A stretch of DNA of 64,000 nt from positions 7,812,001 to 7,876,000 of the forward strand of contig CM120645.1 of assembly GCA_051362555.1 (NCBI GenBank), in the 5' to 3' direction. A program made the translations under genes and the position numbers. Below are positions 1 through 13,486 of the stretch, in pieces. The notes under the pieces are model-generated. The model was given only the letters and a program-made list of their open reading frames with translations, was not told where the DNA came from and searched no databases. This DNA comes from Lingula anatina. Its lineage: Eukaryota; Animalia; Brachiopoda. Numbering within the stretch: position 1 is the first letter of the stretch; each line of letters begins with the position of its first letter.

Positions 1-3000
1 ACTCACGCTTGTAATTTGGATGATATCCAATGTCATCAGGGCCCTCGGGGTACGGCTTAGTGATGTATCAAGAGAGAGGAAGATGGGTCTTATTTTTATT
101 GTCATTATCCCAGTGTTGAGTATCTGAAATCAATATGGCCGCTTGCATTAAAATTTAATGAGGGGCAATAAGTTATTCATAGCCGCACGCTTGCTTGTTA
201 AGAAATAGTTTGTACCAAGGAGTCCAAACTGTTGGAACTCCTTGTCTGTAGACTGAAAAGCGCTTTTGGAAAAGAGGAAAATTTTCCAACATTGATCTGG
301 AAGACAATTTTCCACTAGATGCTAATTTTTTTGCTTATTAGTGGAGGGAAAAAGATGGTAGAGTAGGCACAGGATATCCACATTGACATTTGAAACATCA
401 AACTCTCTGCCGTGGATAAACAATTGCATTCATGAATTATACCTGATTCATAAATGGATGTGAAAGTTTGGCCCAGGAATGTGGATAATGAAGGATATTG
501 TGGGTGGAAAGGTGTATTGATCACTTTAATGGAGAAGCCTGAATTCTTATTGAATATTGGATCAATATTTCATATCCTGAGAATAGATACCTCACTTAAA
601 AGCTTATCAAGATTCTAAAGCAGCTTTCTGTCTTCCTTTGCACTGAATAAGCACCCGAACATTGAGACATCAAAAAGACTTCATCTCAGCTTATTGGATA
701 GACACCTTTATTTATAAAAAGCTCATCAAGATTTCAAAGAAAATCTCAGTCTCTCTTTATGGTGGATGAGCGTTGTTAATATTAGTGTTATAATTATTTT
801 CACTATATCAATTAGATGACAGTTTTCTATATTCACTGTGTTCTTATTGTTTTGAAAACATGTTTTTGTGATGATATTGCATTATGTATGCTTTACAATG
901 CTGCAACTACCTTGAGGGCTGTTTCTTTTGTGTGTTGTCATGTTTGCCTCTTTTAGTTTATACTAAGAAACAAGATACACAAATATGGGTACCTTGTACA
1001 GGCCTAAAGAAAAATGTACATAGAAATACATAAATATATCTGGTGGTTATAAATATTTATGTTATTTCTGCTGGATGACTAAACATACTGAAATTTATCA
1101 AAACTGAGTTTTTGAACTATGTTATATTTCTTTAAAAATATTTATATGACAGATAGTTGATTTGGCCTAATTTGCACCAATTGCTTGCATAATGATGTAC
1201 TATATTTTACAGAGTTGACCAGGCTGTATTGTTACACACATTTTCCTATTACTCCACTAAAATATTAAAACTAAAACAAACAAAAAGCAAATCTGATTAT
1301 ATTTAGTTATCAATGGTATGTTTATAAATTCTCTGTTCCTCTAAATACATCAGTAGTCTTTTGATTAATTGTGATGTTTTATCACGAAGTGTCTATTTAA
1401 CCAGGTCGTACAATTTAACTTCCAACTGGTACAAGACACTGCAGGTCCATTAGGGATCAAACAGTCATCTCGGATGTTAAAGGTTAAGGTAGCAGATGGC
1501 CCATGTGACATTTAATTTCAAGGACTGTGGCCTTTAAGCACATTTTCAACTGGGAAATGCTGAATTTGAATATTCTGAGGATGACCCTGTGATATGTTGT
1601 CTCAAATATCAGCCATGATCAAGCTGACACCAGAGAATGATTTTTTATTTTAATTTTCTGGACACTCATCTTGGTGACATTTTTATTATAAGCGATCTTG
1701 TGACTTACTGTGTCAAAGATATATCAATTGATTGGTGGCATTTTCCTCGGGATTAAGAAAATTGGAGTTCAGTGATATTAATTTTTCTCTAGATGACAGC
1801 TGAATATGAAATGTCAAAGGTACAGCAGTCATGCTTTGATTGTGAATCTGAAGATTATGAGTTTTTTTTTTAATATGTAAATGAAATTTATCTTCTTTAT
1901 TTCAATTTCAATTTACAGAAATGAGCTGATATAAATTAATGCCATGCCGTGCAGTTCGTAAGTTAATTTGTAGGTGAATTTGATTTCTCTGAGACTGATA
2001 AATAAATGGCTCAATTCCATCGTAATGGTTTACAGGGCAGTTCATCCTAAAACACATTTAAAGGATAATTTAAGGCGTAAAACATTTCTGAGTGGTTATT
2101 TCTCTCAGCCGTCAAAGATAATCACCTGGTTCCACTAGACAATTAAGCATTGGACACAGAGGAAAACTGATGACTTCAGGCATTTTTTTCATTCAGTGAA
2201 GTGAAAAATATCATTTGTCAATATTAAATATATCATAGGGCATGAAGATATAAGATGGCTCACAGGCAGGTTTTAATATTCAGTCGACCATATGTTCCGT
2301 AGGGACCAGCGCGTTGTGGTCGTGATGAAGGTGGTGTAGCATAAAATAGCACAACTCTGGAGGCAGCGAAAAAGATTAAGAGTAACAGCTGCATTGATTG
2401 AAGGACTGCAAATATTGCATTCGGGGATACTATGTGAAGTGTGAACAGAATTGCCAGAGGGATAAAGGGAACAGAAAGAGAAGATATTCTTAGAACTGTC
2501 CTGGAGTACTATGAGCCACTTTGTGTGAAAACTGCAATTTCATATGTGTGCAGCCTTAAAGTTTGTTAATGAAATCATCACAGAAGGAAAGATTGCAGGA
2601 CTGAATGAGCTGGAAGAAAAAAGATCGAATAACATCTCAGAAATATGCCATTTTAAAATAATTTGTTATTGTACACTGTACAGCTGCACTCAAAAGTTGA
2701 ACTGAATGACAATAAGTAACTTGAAATTGGGGAAAAAAAAGAAGAGAAGATTTCTAGGATATATGCCAAATTGTAAATGTAATTTCGAAAAAAAGGCTAG
2801 CTATCAAAACCCTAGTGTAGGAGTGTATTAAGAAGTATTGGTGCAGTTATGTCACTCTAGCCGTCTGTGTGGTAATTAAGTCTCAGAATGATCTCTCCAG
2901 GGGCTATTTTCCTTGAATATTTATCGGCAGACGTCGGAGTTATTTCACACTGGGAGATTTTCTAAAGACTCAGATTGACAGGAACTCTGTATTACTCCTG

Positions 3001-4869
3001 GAAAATATTTGTTTTTTATTGCTCGTGGCATTTACTATGAACTGAACACAGCAGTTAGTGCAGGCCACCGTTTATTTCCCATTGTGACATATTCACATTC
3101 CTCATTTTGTTTTACAGCTCCAGCCCAAAACTTAGGTTATTTATTTTCTCATAGCCATAAAAGCTAACTTGCCACTTTGAGACTTGGAAGGATTAAGGCA
3201 TATCAGCAAAGATTGTCTCTGGTGATAGTTTTCAATCTACTAAGTGATGGCCTGTGTATTTTCATGTCTTCTGCTGATTTTTTTTTTTTTTTTTTTTTTT
3301 TGAAATTGACCACAACTCCATTTGAAGGTCAAAAGATAGTAGGTGTTATCAAAGTGTCAAGAGTTGGAATGAAAGCATCAATTTGCATTGCTATTCTTGT
3401 CAGCTTATGAAGAAACCAAGTATATTTAAGTTGATATTGATATGAAGTATTTGCCGTCCTATAATGTGGAATGATTTCATCTACATAACCTGAACAAACT
3501 TACTCTTATCATCCAGTTGACAGACTTGTGGGATAATTCTAAGGCGCAGAATTACAGTGTATTAAGACATAGATGATAATATTACAAAACAGTTGATGTA
3601 GTCTATCAGACAGGATTCCGTGGAATATCAATGGCTCAAGGAATTAATTTTTTGTGCAGCAGTAAACAGCATACGACTGCATATCCTGACAGATGCATGC
3701 CATTTTCCCCGACAAGTATCGTCGAGCAAGTGAAGTAAAGTGTGTTCGGAAGTTCATTATCTTTTCTCGCTGGCAAAAGATTCCAGATCAACTTTATCCC
3801 AAGAAAGCAAACTTATGATATTTTTTAAGTCCCCATAGTTCATCGAGTTACTGCAGTTCACATTCTGCTTGGTTCTTCCATTTTGTATTTGTTGAATGAC
3901 CAACATCTGCAGATTTATCAGAATTACAGGGAACGTGGACTGGACGACCTAACTCTTCCATTGATGTGATTTATCTTAACAAGGCTACAGATCGATAGAA
4001 AACTCAATGACATCCACAAACACGGCCTATCATCCCAGTGCAGTGCCCTGCAGCTGTATGGAATCATAACCAATATTGATTAGACCCTCACAGGGCTTGA
4101 TTCAGTGACATGAGAGTCTTTAGACTGAATAATCAATGAATGAAAATTGAGAAGAGTATGGATTTTAACATTAGGGAAACACAAAAGTGGTATCAAAGGA
4201 AAGAGGGAAACTTCCAGTAGAGACACAAGGGCTGCTGAGCAGAAGCTGAGATTGCAGATATTCTTGGAGATTTCCAGGAAAGTTCAGTCGCTTTGAAATT
4301 ACCACTGCTCACCTTAGTTGAGGATACATGGAAAAGGAGAAGAAATTTCTCTTGAAGTTTTAAGCAGTGCACTCTGGAGACTATAATATTGCACAGTATT
4401 TCACGAGGCAATGTTTTTGCATGTTTATAATTAGCTTTCAGTGATAATGCAGTGAGATTTTCCATGAAGTTATTGCTGCCCTAGCTAAGGATGCCAGCTA
4501 AAATAGTGGCCTGAAATTGGATCAAAACATGCCAGTCTCATATATATTTATACTTTTTACAGTCTCGTGGGAGGAGTTATTTGGAAGTTCAGTATTAGCC
4601 TTGTTGAGCTGATAAGCTTTTGCTTTCTTATTCCTGGCTGGTATTGCTTATATTAGGAAGAATCCCAGCATTGAATTTACCTGAGAGAGAAAAAACTATT
4701 GACAAACTGGTGGAAGTTTCATTTATGCCCATAATCACTGTATTGATGCTGATTTTTGGATTGTATATTGGAATTTTGAAATGGCCATCCACAGCTTATC
4801 CACAGACATGTTTTAAGTGTTCCAGTATGCTGAAAACCACCTGACATAGTCCATCTATCTGCACTAAAA

Positions 4870-4968
4870 ATAGACTAAAACTCATTTTTCTTAAATTTCA
4901 CTAAATACAGATTATTCTGATAGACTAAAAATCATTCTTCTTAAATTTCACTAAATACAGATTATTCT
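4870..4968. repeat. Tandem duplication of a 50-bp unit (2 copies)
   Basis: tagactaaaa(c/a)tcatt(t/c)ttcttaaatttcactaaatacagattattct occurs at 4871 and again at 4921. Confidence 0.9.
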
Positions 4969-6819
4969 TGTAGAATACGTGGTGTTTTTGTATGAGATAT
5001 ATTTGTCATTCAGCATTTCAGAAAGTTTCCAGTGAACATGATTTAGAAACTACACGTTTAGACATTGTGTAAGTGACATTTGCTGGTAGTATATTTAGAT
5101 CTGGAGAAGCTGCCTGTAATTCAGGATTCATGCAGGCATTGTGCAACAAACGAAACAATATCCTCAAAGTTCAGAACGAGTTCATTGCAACTAATACCTG
5201 CAAACAAAAAGGCGACCTCTCAGGGGATCAATAGACTGTAAGCTGCAAGTTAGTATTTAAAGCGTATTACACAGGATTGCGTACAAGATTGATTGAGGGG
5301 AAAAAACAGGATTATCCGAGGCTTTGCTTCATGAAATCGGTTTCCCAGTCAAGAGTGGTGTACAGAATGTAGATTTATAAGTGGATAAATTAGATGGGAA
5401 ATGAACAAAGAAGACAAATAACAAGAAGAAGACAAAGAAATGAGATCTGCCTGATCAAAGGCCTTTAGGGAAAAGCTACGAGTACAGTGCTAATATACTC
5501 ATGAATGTGATTTTAAAATATGGTTTATCTGTGAAAAAGATGAGTCATATGCGTGCATTTAATGTCCTGGAAAACAGAAGATTGGTTCCATGATAATTAC
5601 GGAGTATAAATGCAGGTTTGAATATAGAGCTGTATTAATAAGGCAAGAAGCATTAAAGGAACAGACTGAATTATAAGACTTGTATAGTCTCTCTGCTCAT
5701 CATTAAAAAACTGAAAGGAAGCTGAAAGATAGGAATATCAAAATATTCAAATATACATATGCTTTCTTCAGCACTGACCATAAACATTAACTTCTATTGT
5801 TTATAATCATAAATCTCAGTAGTTTGAGATAGAATGCTCTTTGTACTTTATAAATAGTATACCGAGCATTTACTTAATAGCTTCTTACATACCATCCACA
5901 GTGGAAAAACAACAACCAGTTGCCAAAGATATTAAAGAAGAAACCGAAGATCTGTGCAAGCTGACGCAAAATACATTTTTTACACCTTTTTCTCCGACAT
6001 TTGTGCTACAGCTTTTTTCTCAATCTTAGAGCAAGATATACTACATGCAGATGCATTGATTTGTGAAAGGTCAGTCATTCTTGGAAGAAAGAGGAAGGAA
6101 GGAAGGGAACGGAGAAGTTTAAATTTTGGCATTCTTTGGACCCGAGGTGGTCTTTACGTGGTATCACTTGTGCCTGTCTATAAGCTGAACGAGACACCTG
6201 CAGATTTTATCGCAATCCATGTTCATTGTTTATTTAGTGAGCTCGCATTGAAGTTGCGGTAGCATTTGTCACTGCATTTTAACTGCTAACGTAAGTGCAA
6301 TGTTCTAAGCTGGTGTAGTGTAGAAAGAATTACAACTCTAGTCGTGGATACAGGATGGAAATATGACTGCACACTTGCAAGATAATTGTCACAGCATCAT
6401 TTTTCTCCGCTGAAACGTGTTATATACCTGAAGGGTAAAGAGAGGACGCAAGGACTGAGCCTCATTATCCAGCGACAGATGGTGCTTTGCTGATGTCACT
6501 GACATCTCTCAATATTGTTTTACAGTAATTTGTAATTTGTTGTAATTAACAGTGCCAGTGGATTTTCACAGCAGTAAGCAGTAGGAAACAGTAACATTAC
6601 TGGTACAGTGTATCATGATTTGGTGTCTGAGATTCAATATTTTATATGGTTTGAAATGGAAGCAGTTGCATTCAGGCAAATCCCTTCAATAATTTCATAT
6701 ACAACTTGCACTGTTGAATAGACTTTGGGGCACTGACTACATTCACATATCAAGATCAGCAGTTAATAATTGAACTTTATGATAACTGGATAGACAAAAT
6801 CATAAACTGTAACTAACCA

Positions 6820-6908
6820 ATGGCGTCATCAGACATCGCCACGATGCTGACCACTACCAATACTATGTCCAGTCAGACACTGACCGATGCCCCACAGTCC
6901 GATGTCAG
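6820..6908 (+). CDS. IQSEC: Candidate alternative first coding exon of the IQSEC gene (MASSDIATMLTTTNTMSSQTLTDAPQSDV+S)
   Basis: ATG at 6820 (ccaATGG), 29 open codons plus AG, then a strong donor CAG|gtaaga at 6909. Phase 2 matches the acceptor at 40359 (AG+T = Ser) and would give a 972-aa protein. Confidence 0.6.
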
Positions 6909-7603
6909 GTAAGAATTTACTCACCCACACCTCTCACCTGTCTTAACTGTCTTCCATGTATCTCACTATGTTATACCTGTTCAGGGCCTAAGAAGACTGA
7001 TACATGTTCTTGGCCCATGCATTTGCCAGACTGTTTAAAGCATGTATTTTTAAGGTGGGGAAATGCCAGAGAAATCCAAATTTACTGAATGCATCTTTGC
7101 AGACACTGCATGATATGCACCTTGAGAAGATTGATATGTGTTTAGAGCTGGGATACATATCTGTTTTCTAAACAGTCTTGAAACTATGTGTGTATCACAA
7201 GATAGCAGATAGATGCAAAATATACCAAGGGTTTCGTTATGTAACACAGTAATTGTGAAGTATTTACTCTCAGATTTTTTTCAATAGATAACTAATTGAT
7301 TATTGACCAGGGTTTTATATAAATTATAAATGTCATTATGAATAATTAACACTAATGGTGTTGAAGTTTTTTTGCCTGATTGGTTGAATAAGTGACCAGT
7401 GCTATGTACCTGAAGTTTATTGGTATAGTCCTCAGGTGTGGTTCATCAATAGGTTAAGTTTAAACAGGTGGAATGTAATGGGAAGTAGTTAAATGTCTGA
7501 GTGAGAATGATTAGGAAGTTAATGTCTAGGCTAAAACTTTAATGAAGGATTTTTTTAGGAAGGAGGGATGCAAATTGATCATACAAACCCAAGTTGTGAA
7601 GCC

Positions 7604-7604
7604 T

Positions 7605-7636
<32 letters not shown>

Positions 7637-7642
7637 TCTCTC
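7604..7642. repeat. (CT)n microsatellite
   Basis: Direct reading; one interruption. Confidence 0.9.
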
Positions 7643-9897
7643 CTCCAACAGTATGACTAAAACAAAATTTTTTCATGCCCCAGTGGGTAATATCAGAACT
7701 ATTTGCTGATGTATTAGGTTAGGTACCAGATAGGAAAATATACCCTACACACCAGAAGTAATTAACCAAGTAACTTTACAGTGAGTAATGAAAACTATGC
7801 ATTACATCCCCTCTAAAAGGTTACGAGGAACATTTTTTATAGCCCGTGGTGATTAAAGCGGGCAGAAATTGATTAACTTTACAATGAATTGTGTCAAGTT
7901 ACATAGCGTTTGCTCAATTACAGCACATTGACTCACTGATTGGGTTGTATTTCTTCACAGGCAAGCAAACATTTAGTCACATTAGATGTACAAATTTGAG
8001 CCAAGTAAAAACATTTCAAGTTACCCTAGAGGGGTTGGGCTAGACGTTGTTGTCAGATTTGACGGCATAGGTTAGGAGTGGAATCAGAGTTGGATTTGCC
8101 TGCCTTTGTGGTTCTGTTGATTTAAAATGAGTCAGTGATTATTGTATATTATACGTATGCTACTTAAAGTTTTTTGTTTTTTTTTTCATGTGCAAAGAAT
8201 AATTTTGCATTAATTCTGTCCATTGCCAATATGCTTATCTATTCCAAAGTTGTCAGCTCTATATTATTACGCAGATTCTGTGAGTTATTTAGGACAGACT
8301 TTTCTGGTAAACTTACAGATGTTAGAATTCTTTTTTATTATAAGGCGTTTGACAAAAATGTTCCTTTTGAGTACATCCAAGTTGGTAATTAACTTTGCTA
8401 TCCAACATCTGTCTCCAAGTTGAAAATAAATGTAGGACACTGAGTCTAAACTCTTGTATTTTAGGAGACTTAGAAAATATATAGGTCGTTCAAAAGATGT
8501 TGGCCTTGAGTCTTCCTTGCAATGGCAAAAAATCTTCAAAATCTCATACAGTTATGCCTCAATTTAGATTGTTAATCAGATAATGCTTGGAAGTTTTTTT
8601 CTTAGTTGGTTATGGCAGATTACCTTAGCTCCATGGCCAGCTGAGACTGACATTTTCATAACAGATTTTCTGTCAAATGCTTGATCGAGTATCCATAATA
8701 TGATTAAAGACTAGATTGCCAGAATTATTATCTTCCCCTAGGTAAGTTATTAAGGTAGGTGGTATTAAATGATTGGCATATCCTGGAAAATTATAAAATT
8801 CAATATTATCCTTACCTGGAGACCTGTAATCATGACCAGGGCCCTGTCATGAATGATTAATGTTTTTTGCAATAAACACTCATGGTAGAGATGATAGGCT
8901 TTATATGATCAAGCCCTGCTGCTGTATAATATGACTTGAGGTACCTATGTGGCAGAGAGGAAGGAGCAGTTTAAAATGATTGGTGCTAGCAGCGGGGACC
9001 AAATTAGTGCTGTCAAGGGGTCCTTCTCTGTGACATATATACTGCTGCTGCAGCAGGGAAACATACTTATATTTATATTTACATGCTAGGTGAACTCTCT
9101 TCCATGGATATCCTATTCGTAGTAGAAATGAAAATTAGAAATTAAACAGGCCCATCTGTGTTATTGTGAAAGATGGTGCCTGTATAGAATATTAGATTGT
9201 GTTCAGTTTACACATGCAAGAAATGTATCTTTATATAATTGGTGAGAACTGTATTGTTACCTATTCCAGCTATTTGTTTAAAAAACAAAGCCATTATTAT
9301 TATCATTCACATCATATTCAGGTAGAACAGAGTGTGCTACATTTGTTTTGTTGAGATAGATGAAAAGGACATTTTTAAAGATCACATCTCCTCTACTGCA
9401 TTTCTGATTATACAACTACTGCATTTTATTCCTTGTCTTTTATTGAACTGAAATGGCAGCATGGCAGCACACATTTCAGATGCGTTTCATATTTCAATAT
9501 TTAATTTTTTCAAGACTAATTTTACTCTATAATCCCTGCATAGTGATTAAATCTAACACATATCGTGAAAGTTTAGAATCATCTCTTTGAGATGTGTTAG
9601 ATACTGGTATTAGTACTTGTATTTCAATATTTTATTTTTTCAACACTAATTTTACAAAAAAAAAAAAAAAAATCCCTGTGATCAAATCTTGCACATATTG
9701 TGAAAATATAAAATCTTCTCTTTCAGGCATTGTTATCATTTATTGTTTTTTGAAAAAAAAAATCTGTTTCCTTAACATATTCTACCACTCAGTATAAACA
9801 GCAGTATAATTACATGCAATGAACAGGTTTGATGAATTATAAACAATCAAAGACTACTTGTACCTGCCTACTGATGCATGGTGGTAGATCAGTCACC

Positions 9898-10508
9898 TAG
9901 CTGGGGGGTACAGGAAGGGGGCACATGTGAAAGTCTCTAAGCTGGGAGATACAGGAAAGGGGCATGGGTAGAGGTCTCCAGGCTGGGAGATACAAGAAGG
10001 GAGCATGGGTGGAAGTCTCCAGGCTGGGAGGTACAGGAAGGGGGCACAGGGGCAAGTCTCCAGGCTGGGAGGTACAAGATGGGGGCATGGGTGGAAGTCT
10101 CCAGGCTGGGAGGTACAGGAAGGGGGCATGGGTGGAAGTCTACTGGTTGGGAGGTACAGGAAGGGGGCATGGGTGGAAGTCTCCAGGCTGGGAGGTACAA
10201 GAAGTGGGGCATTTGTGGAAGTCTCCTGGTTGGGAGGTACAGGAAGGGGGCATGGGTGGAAGTCTCCTGGTTGGGAGATACAGGAAGGGGGCATGGGTGG
10301 AAGTCTCCTGGTTGGGAGGTACAGGAAGGGGGCATGGGTGGAAGTCTCCTGGTTGGAAGGTACAGGAAGGGGGCATGGGTGGAAGTCTCCTGGTTGGGAG
10401 ATACAGGAAGGGGGCATGGGTGGAAGTCTCCTGGTTGGGAGGTACAGGAAGGGGGCATGGATGGAAGTCTTCAGGCTAAGAGGCACAGGAAAGGGGCATA
10501 GGTAGAAG
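9898..10508. repeat. 41-bp G-rich minisatellite, ~15 copies
   Basis: Unit aggtacaggaagggggcatgggtggaagtctcc(a/t)gg(c/t)tggg. The ORFs here show a 41-aa period, equal to 3 units. Confidence 0.95.
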
Positions 10509-13409
10509 ATGTGATTGATGAGACATGATGCACTCTACATCAATCCATGGCACACAGCAGCTACTGCTGTAGAGTGGGATACCAGAAATAAGTACTGGAC
10601 AGATTATAGTTTTGTTTCCTTATAAATACATGTGAGGAGTTATTTATTTATTTATTTTATATATAAATAAATGTATTATTATAAAATAAATGAATAAATA
10701 AATAAACTCCTTTGCTTGGAATTTTAGAAAATTAACACACCTTTAGCATATTTGAATTAGTACTTTATGTCCTAAGGCTTGCATGAGTTGATGCAGAAGA
10801 ATGATTTGCAACGTGAATTTTTTATATAAGGATGGATTTTTTTAAATCCAGGGTCTTATCCAGTGACTGTAAATTGATGTCTGTTTGACGGGGATGCTTC
10901 ACCCACAGTCTTGAGAAATTAATTTGGCAATTACAACCACAAATTCATCAGAATCATTGAAAGGCAATTTTGCAAGACGATTCCAATTTCCAATTAATTT
11001 CAATTTTAGTCAGGCAATTTTGTGAGACCTGGAGAATTCTTTCGTAAATTTTATTTAATGGATATCCAGGCACCACAATTTATTATTATTTTTTCTGATG
11101 TAAGTCTTCCAAATGAAAAGCGAGGAAAAGTTTTAATCCACGTGCTGTAAATCGGTTTCTTTTCAAATGAAAAAATAATAATAACAACAAGGAAACAAAA
11201 GCAAAAGCAGTCATATTTTGCGGATGTTACACACTTCTCTTTTTGTCTCTTAAGACATGACATTATACATTTCCTTCCTGAAGGATGCAGTCACAAGTAA
11301 AAACATCAGCACTGGAAAAAGTAATCACTTTTACTTCTTGTCAACATCCATGACCCCTTAGACCAGCGTAACCTGGTGTGAAAGGTTAATATTACCAGTA
11401 GTGATGTTTTCCGCAGTTTCACACCTGTTTGTTATATATATAGCGAGATCAACTTGAGCTCATCACTTCAGTAACCATCTAGGTTTGAGACTAATGGACA
11501 TTACCATGCATGAAACGAGTAGCTTGCAGTTTTCTTAAGTGCGAAGCATGTAACTGAGCAAGGTGTATTCAAATATTACAATTTAAAGAAGACAGACACG
11601 TAGATGGGGATTTAGATTAAGGTTAGTAAACTTACTTTTAATGATTGTGTTTTCATAAAAACATGGGTTTATATAAAATAACAAATTTAAGCTCAAGTTT
11701 GCATTCTTCTTGTTTTACCAACGTAGGCAGACATTTCCCCTTGTTGAAGGTGTGTGTGTGTTATGCAAAATCATAGGCAATTTGTCGTATTTCAAATAAG
11801 TATTTTCTTTATCACAAGCTTGAGTGATGCAAAGGAGAAACATTTCATGCAAGCTTATGATAAAATAATCTATATATGGAATTGAGAATAAAGGCATGTA
11901 AACTATGTAGAAATAATTGGTCTTTTACATGCAGAATGCTCATGACTGCCCAGGCAAAGGTTTCCCAGACAAATGATTTATAAATTGTGTCTCCGTTTAT
12001 TGCACAGTTATTGTCAGGTGTCATGATGTCTGTTCTATAATAAAGTAGGGAGTGTGGTATATCTACCATGTGACTATGTGATAGAACAATGGGTTGTGTA
12101 TTTATGGACCCAAGGTTAATGATTGGTCAGTGTTTAATTTGTTTGTATTGAAACGGTTCTCCACCCAAACGTTTTATCTTAGGGAGTGATTTGAGTTTTA
12201 TGGACATTAACTGATGCCATTACAGTTGATGGTGGTACGCAGTGATAATTTTTTTTTTTTTAAGTTTTAAGGCTAACTCAATTAATTATAGGTCATGAAC
12301 ATATTAGAATGTGGAGCTTATGCTTGATTATCCTGCAGTGCACTCTACTACCTATATTATGCTCTGATTGTGTGACTCTAAGATTATATCAATCAAGTTG
12401 TCTGCTTTATGTCCAGAGTTAGTCCCAAAACAATTGGATCTAAGTAAGGCAGTGTTAAATTTGGTCTGTAAAGTTAATTTAAGTTTTAAAAAAGTTAAGT
12501 AAAGCTCAAAAACAGTTGTAGGTAGGTCTATGCTGAGTGTAACATATGAAGTCAACTCGAGTTCAAAAACAGTAAATTACTGTAGTAGTTCAGACAGTGC
12601 TGAACATGACAACCAAAGATAACTGTCATCCTTGGGTTGCCAGTCATGTTCACTGCACAGGATCAGTCTTTCCATCTGAAAAAACATAAAGAACATACAT
12701 GCATTGTGCTATCACGTGGAACTTTTAATGCGTTTTTTATATTAGATGACTTTGTGATGGAATGTCACATGTAGATCTTGTATGCTAGTGCCTTTGCTCT
12801 GCTGAAAAGAATATGGTAGTTTTGCAAGTCTCATCAAGATTTAGTTAAAAATTTTGTTGGACTTTCAAAGCTAGGAGCGAATTAGAAGAAACTGAAGTGA
12901 AATTTCAAGAATCTGAAGAACTGATATCGGTCTTGAAGGGAGTTGGTGAAATCACCCTGTGTTTTGTGGCAGTTTGTGATGGAATTAGAAACAGACACAA
13001 AGAGAAAGGTAAAAACAGTTTTGGCAGAGAAATCAGTACTACTTATATATTTTGGCACTGTGGTTAGAATGAATAATGTATGTGTTAGGTCTTGACTTAC
13101 TATGTTTGCCATCAGTGCTTGGCCCAAGGTTAACTTTGTAGTTCTATTCATAAAAAAATGTGTTGCTTTGATTCTCTGTATTAGGAATGTGATCTTTATA
13201 TCCTTTATCAGTGTACTTTGTATCTAGAGTTTCTTCTGGATGTGGAATACAATGGTCCTAGTTATTTTATCTCAACTGAAAAAGTGGCCATTTCACACTT
13301 GCTGTATGTCACTGTATTAGACAGGGGTCATTTTACAGTAAAATGTTTCAAAATTTCCCAAAAGATTTGCTTATAATATCCTAATAATTCTGTATCCAGT
13401 GGTAAATTA

Positions 13410-13411
<2 letters not shown>

Positions 13412-13482
<71 letters not shown>
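13412..13482. repeat. (CT)n microsatellite, ~35 units
   Basis: Direct reading. Confidence 0.95.

Positions 13483-13486
<4 letters not shown>

Noticed and set aside
9893-10505. Seven overlapping ORFs of 63-197 aa on both strands
   Set aside because: Artefact of a stop-free 41-bp tandem unit. It is also not a CRISPR array, since there are no unique spacers.
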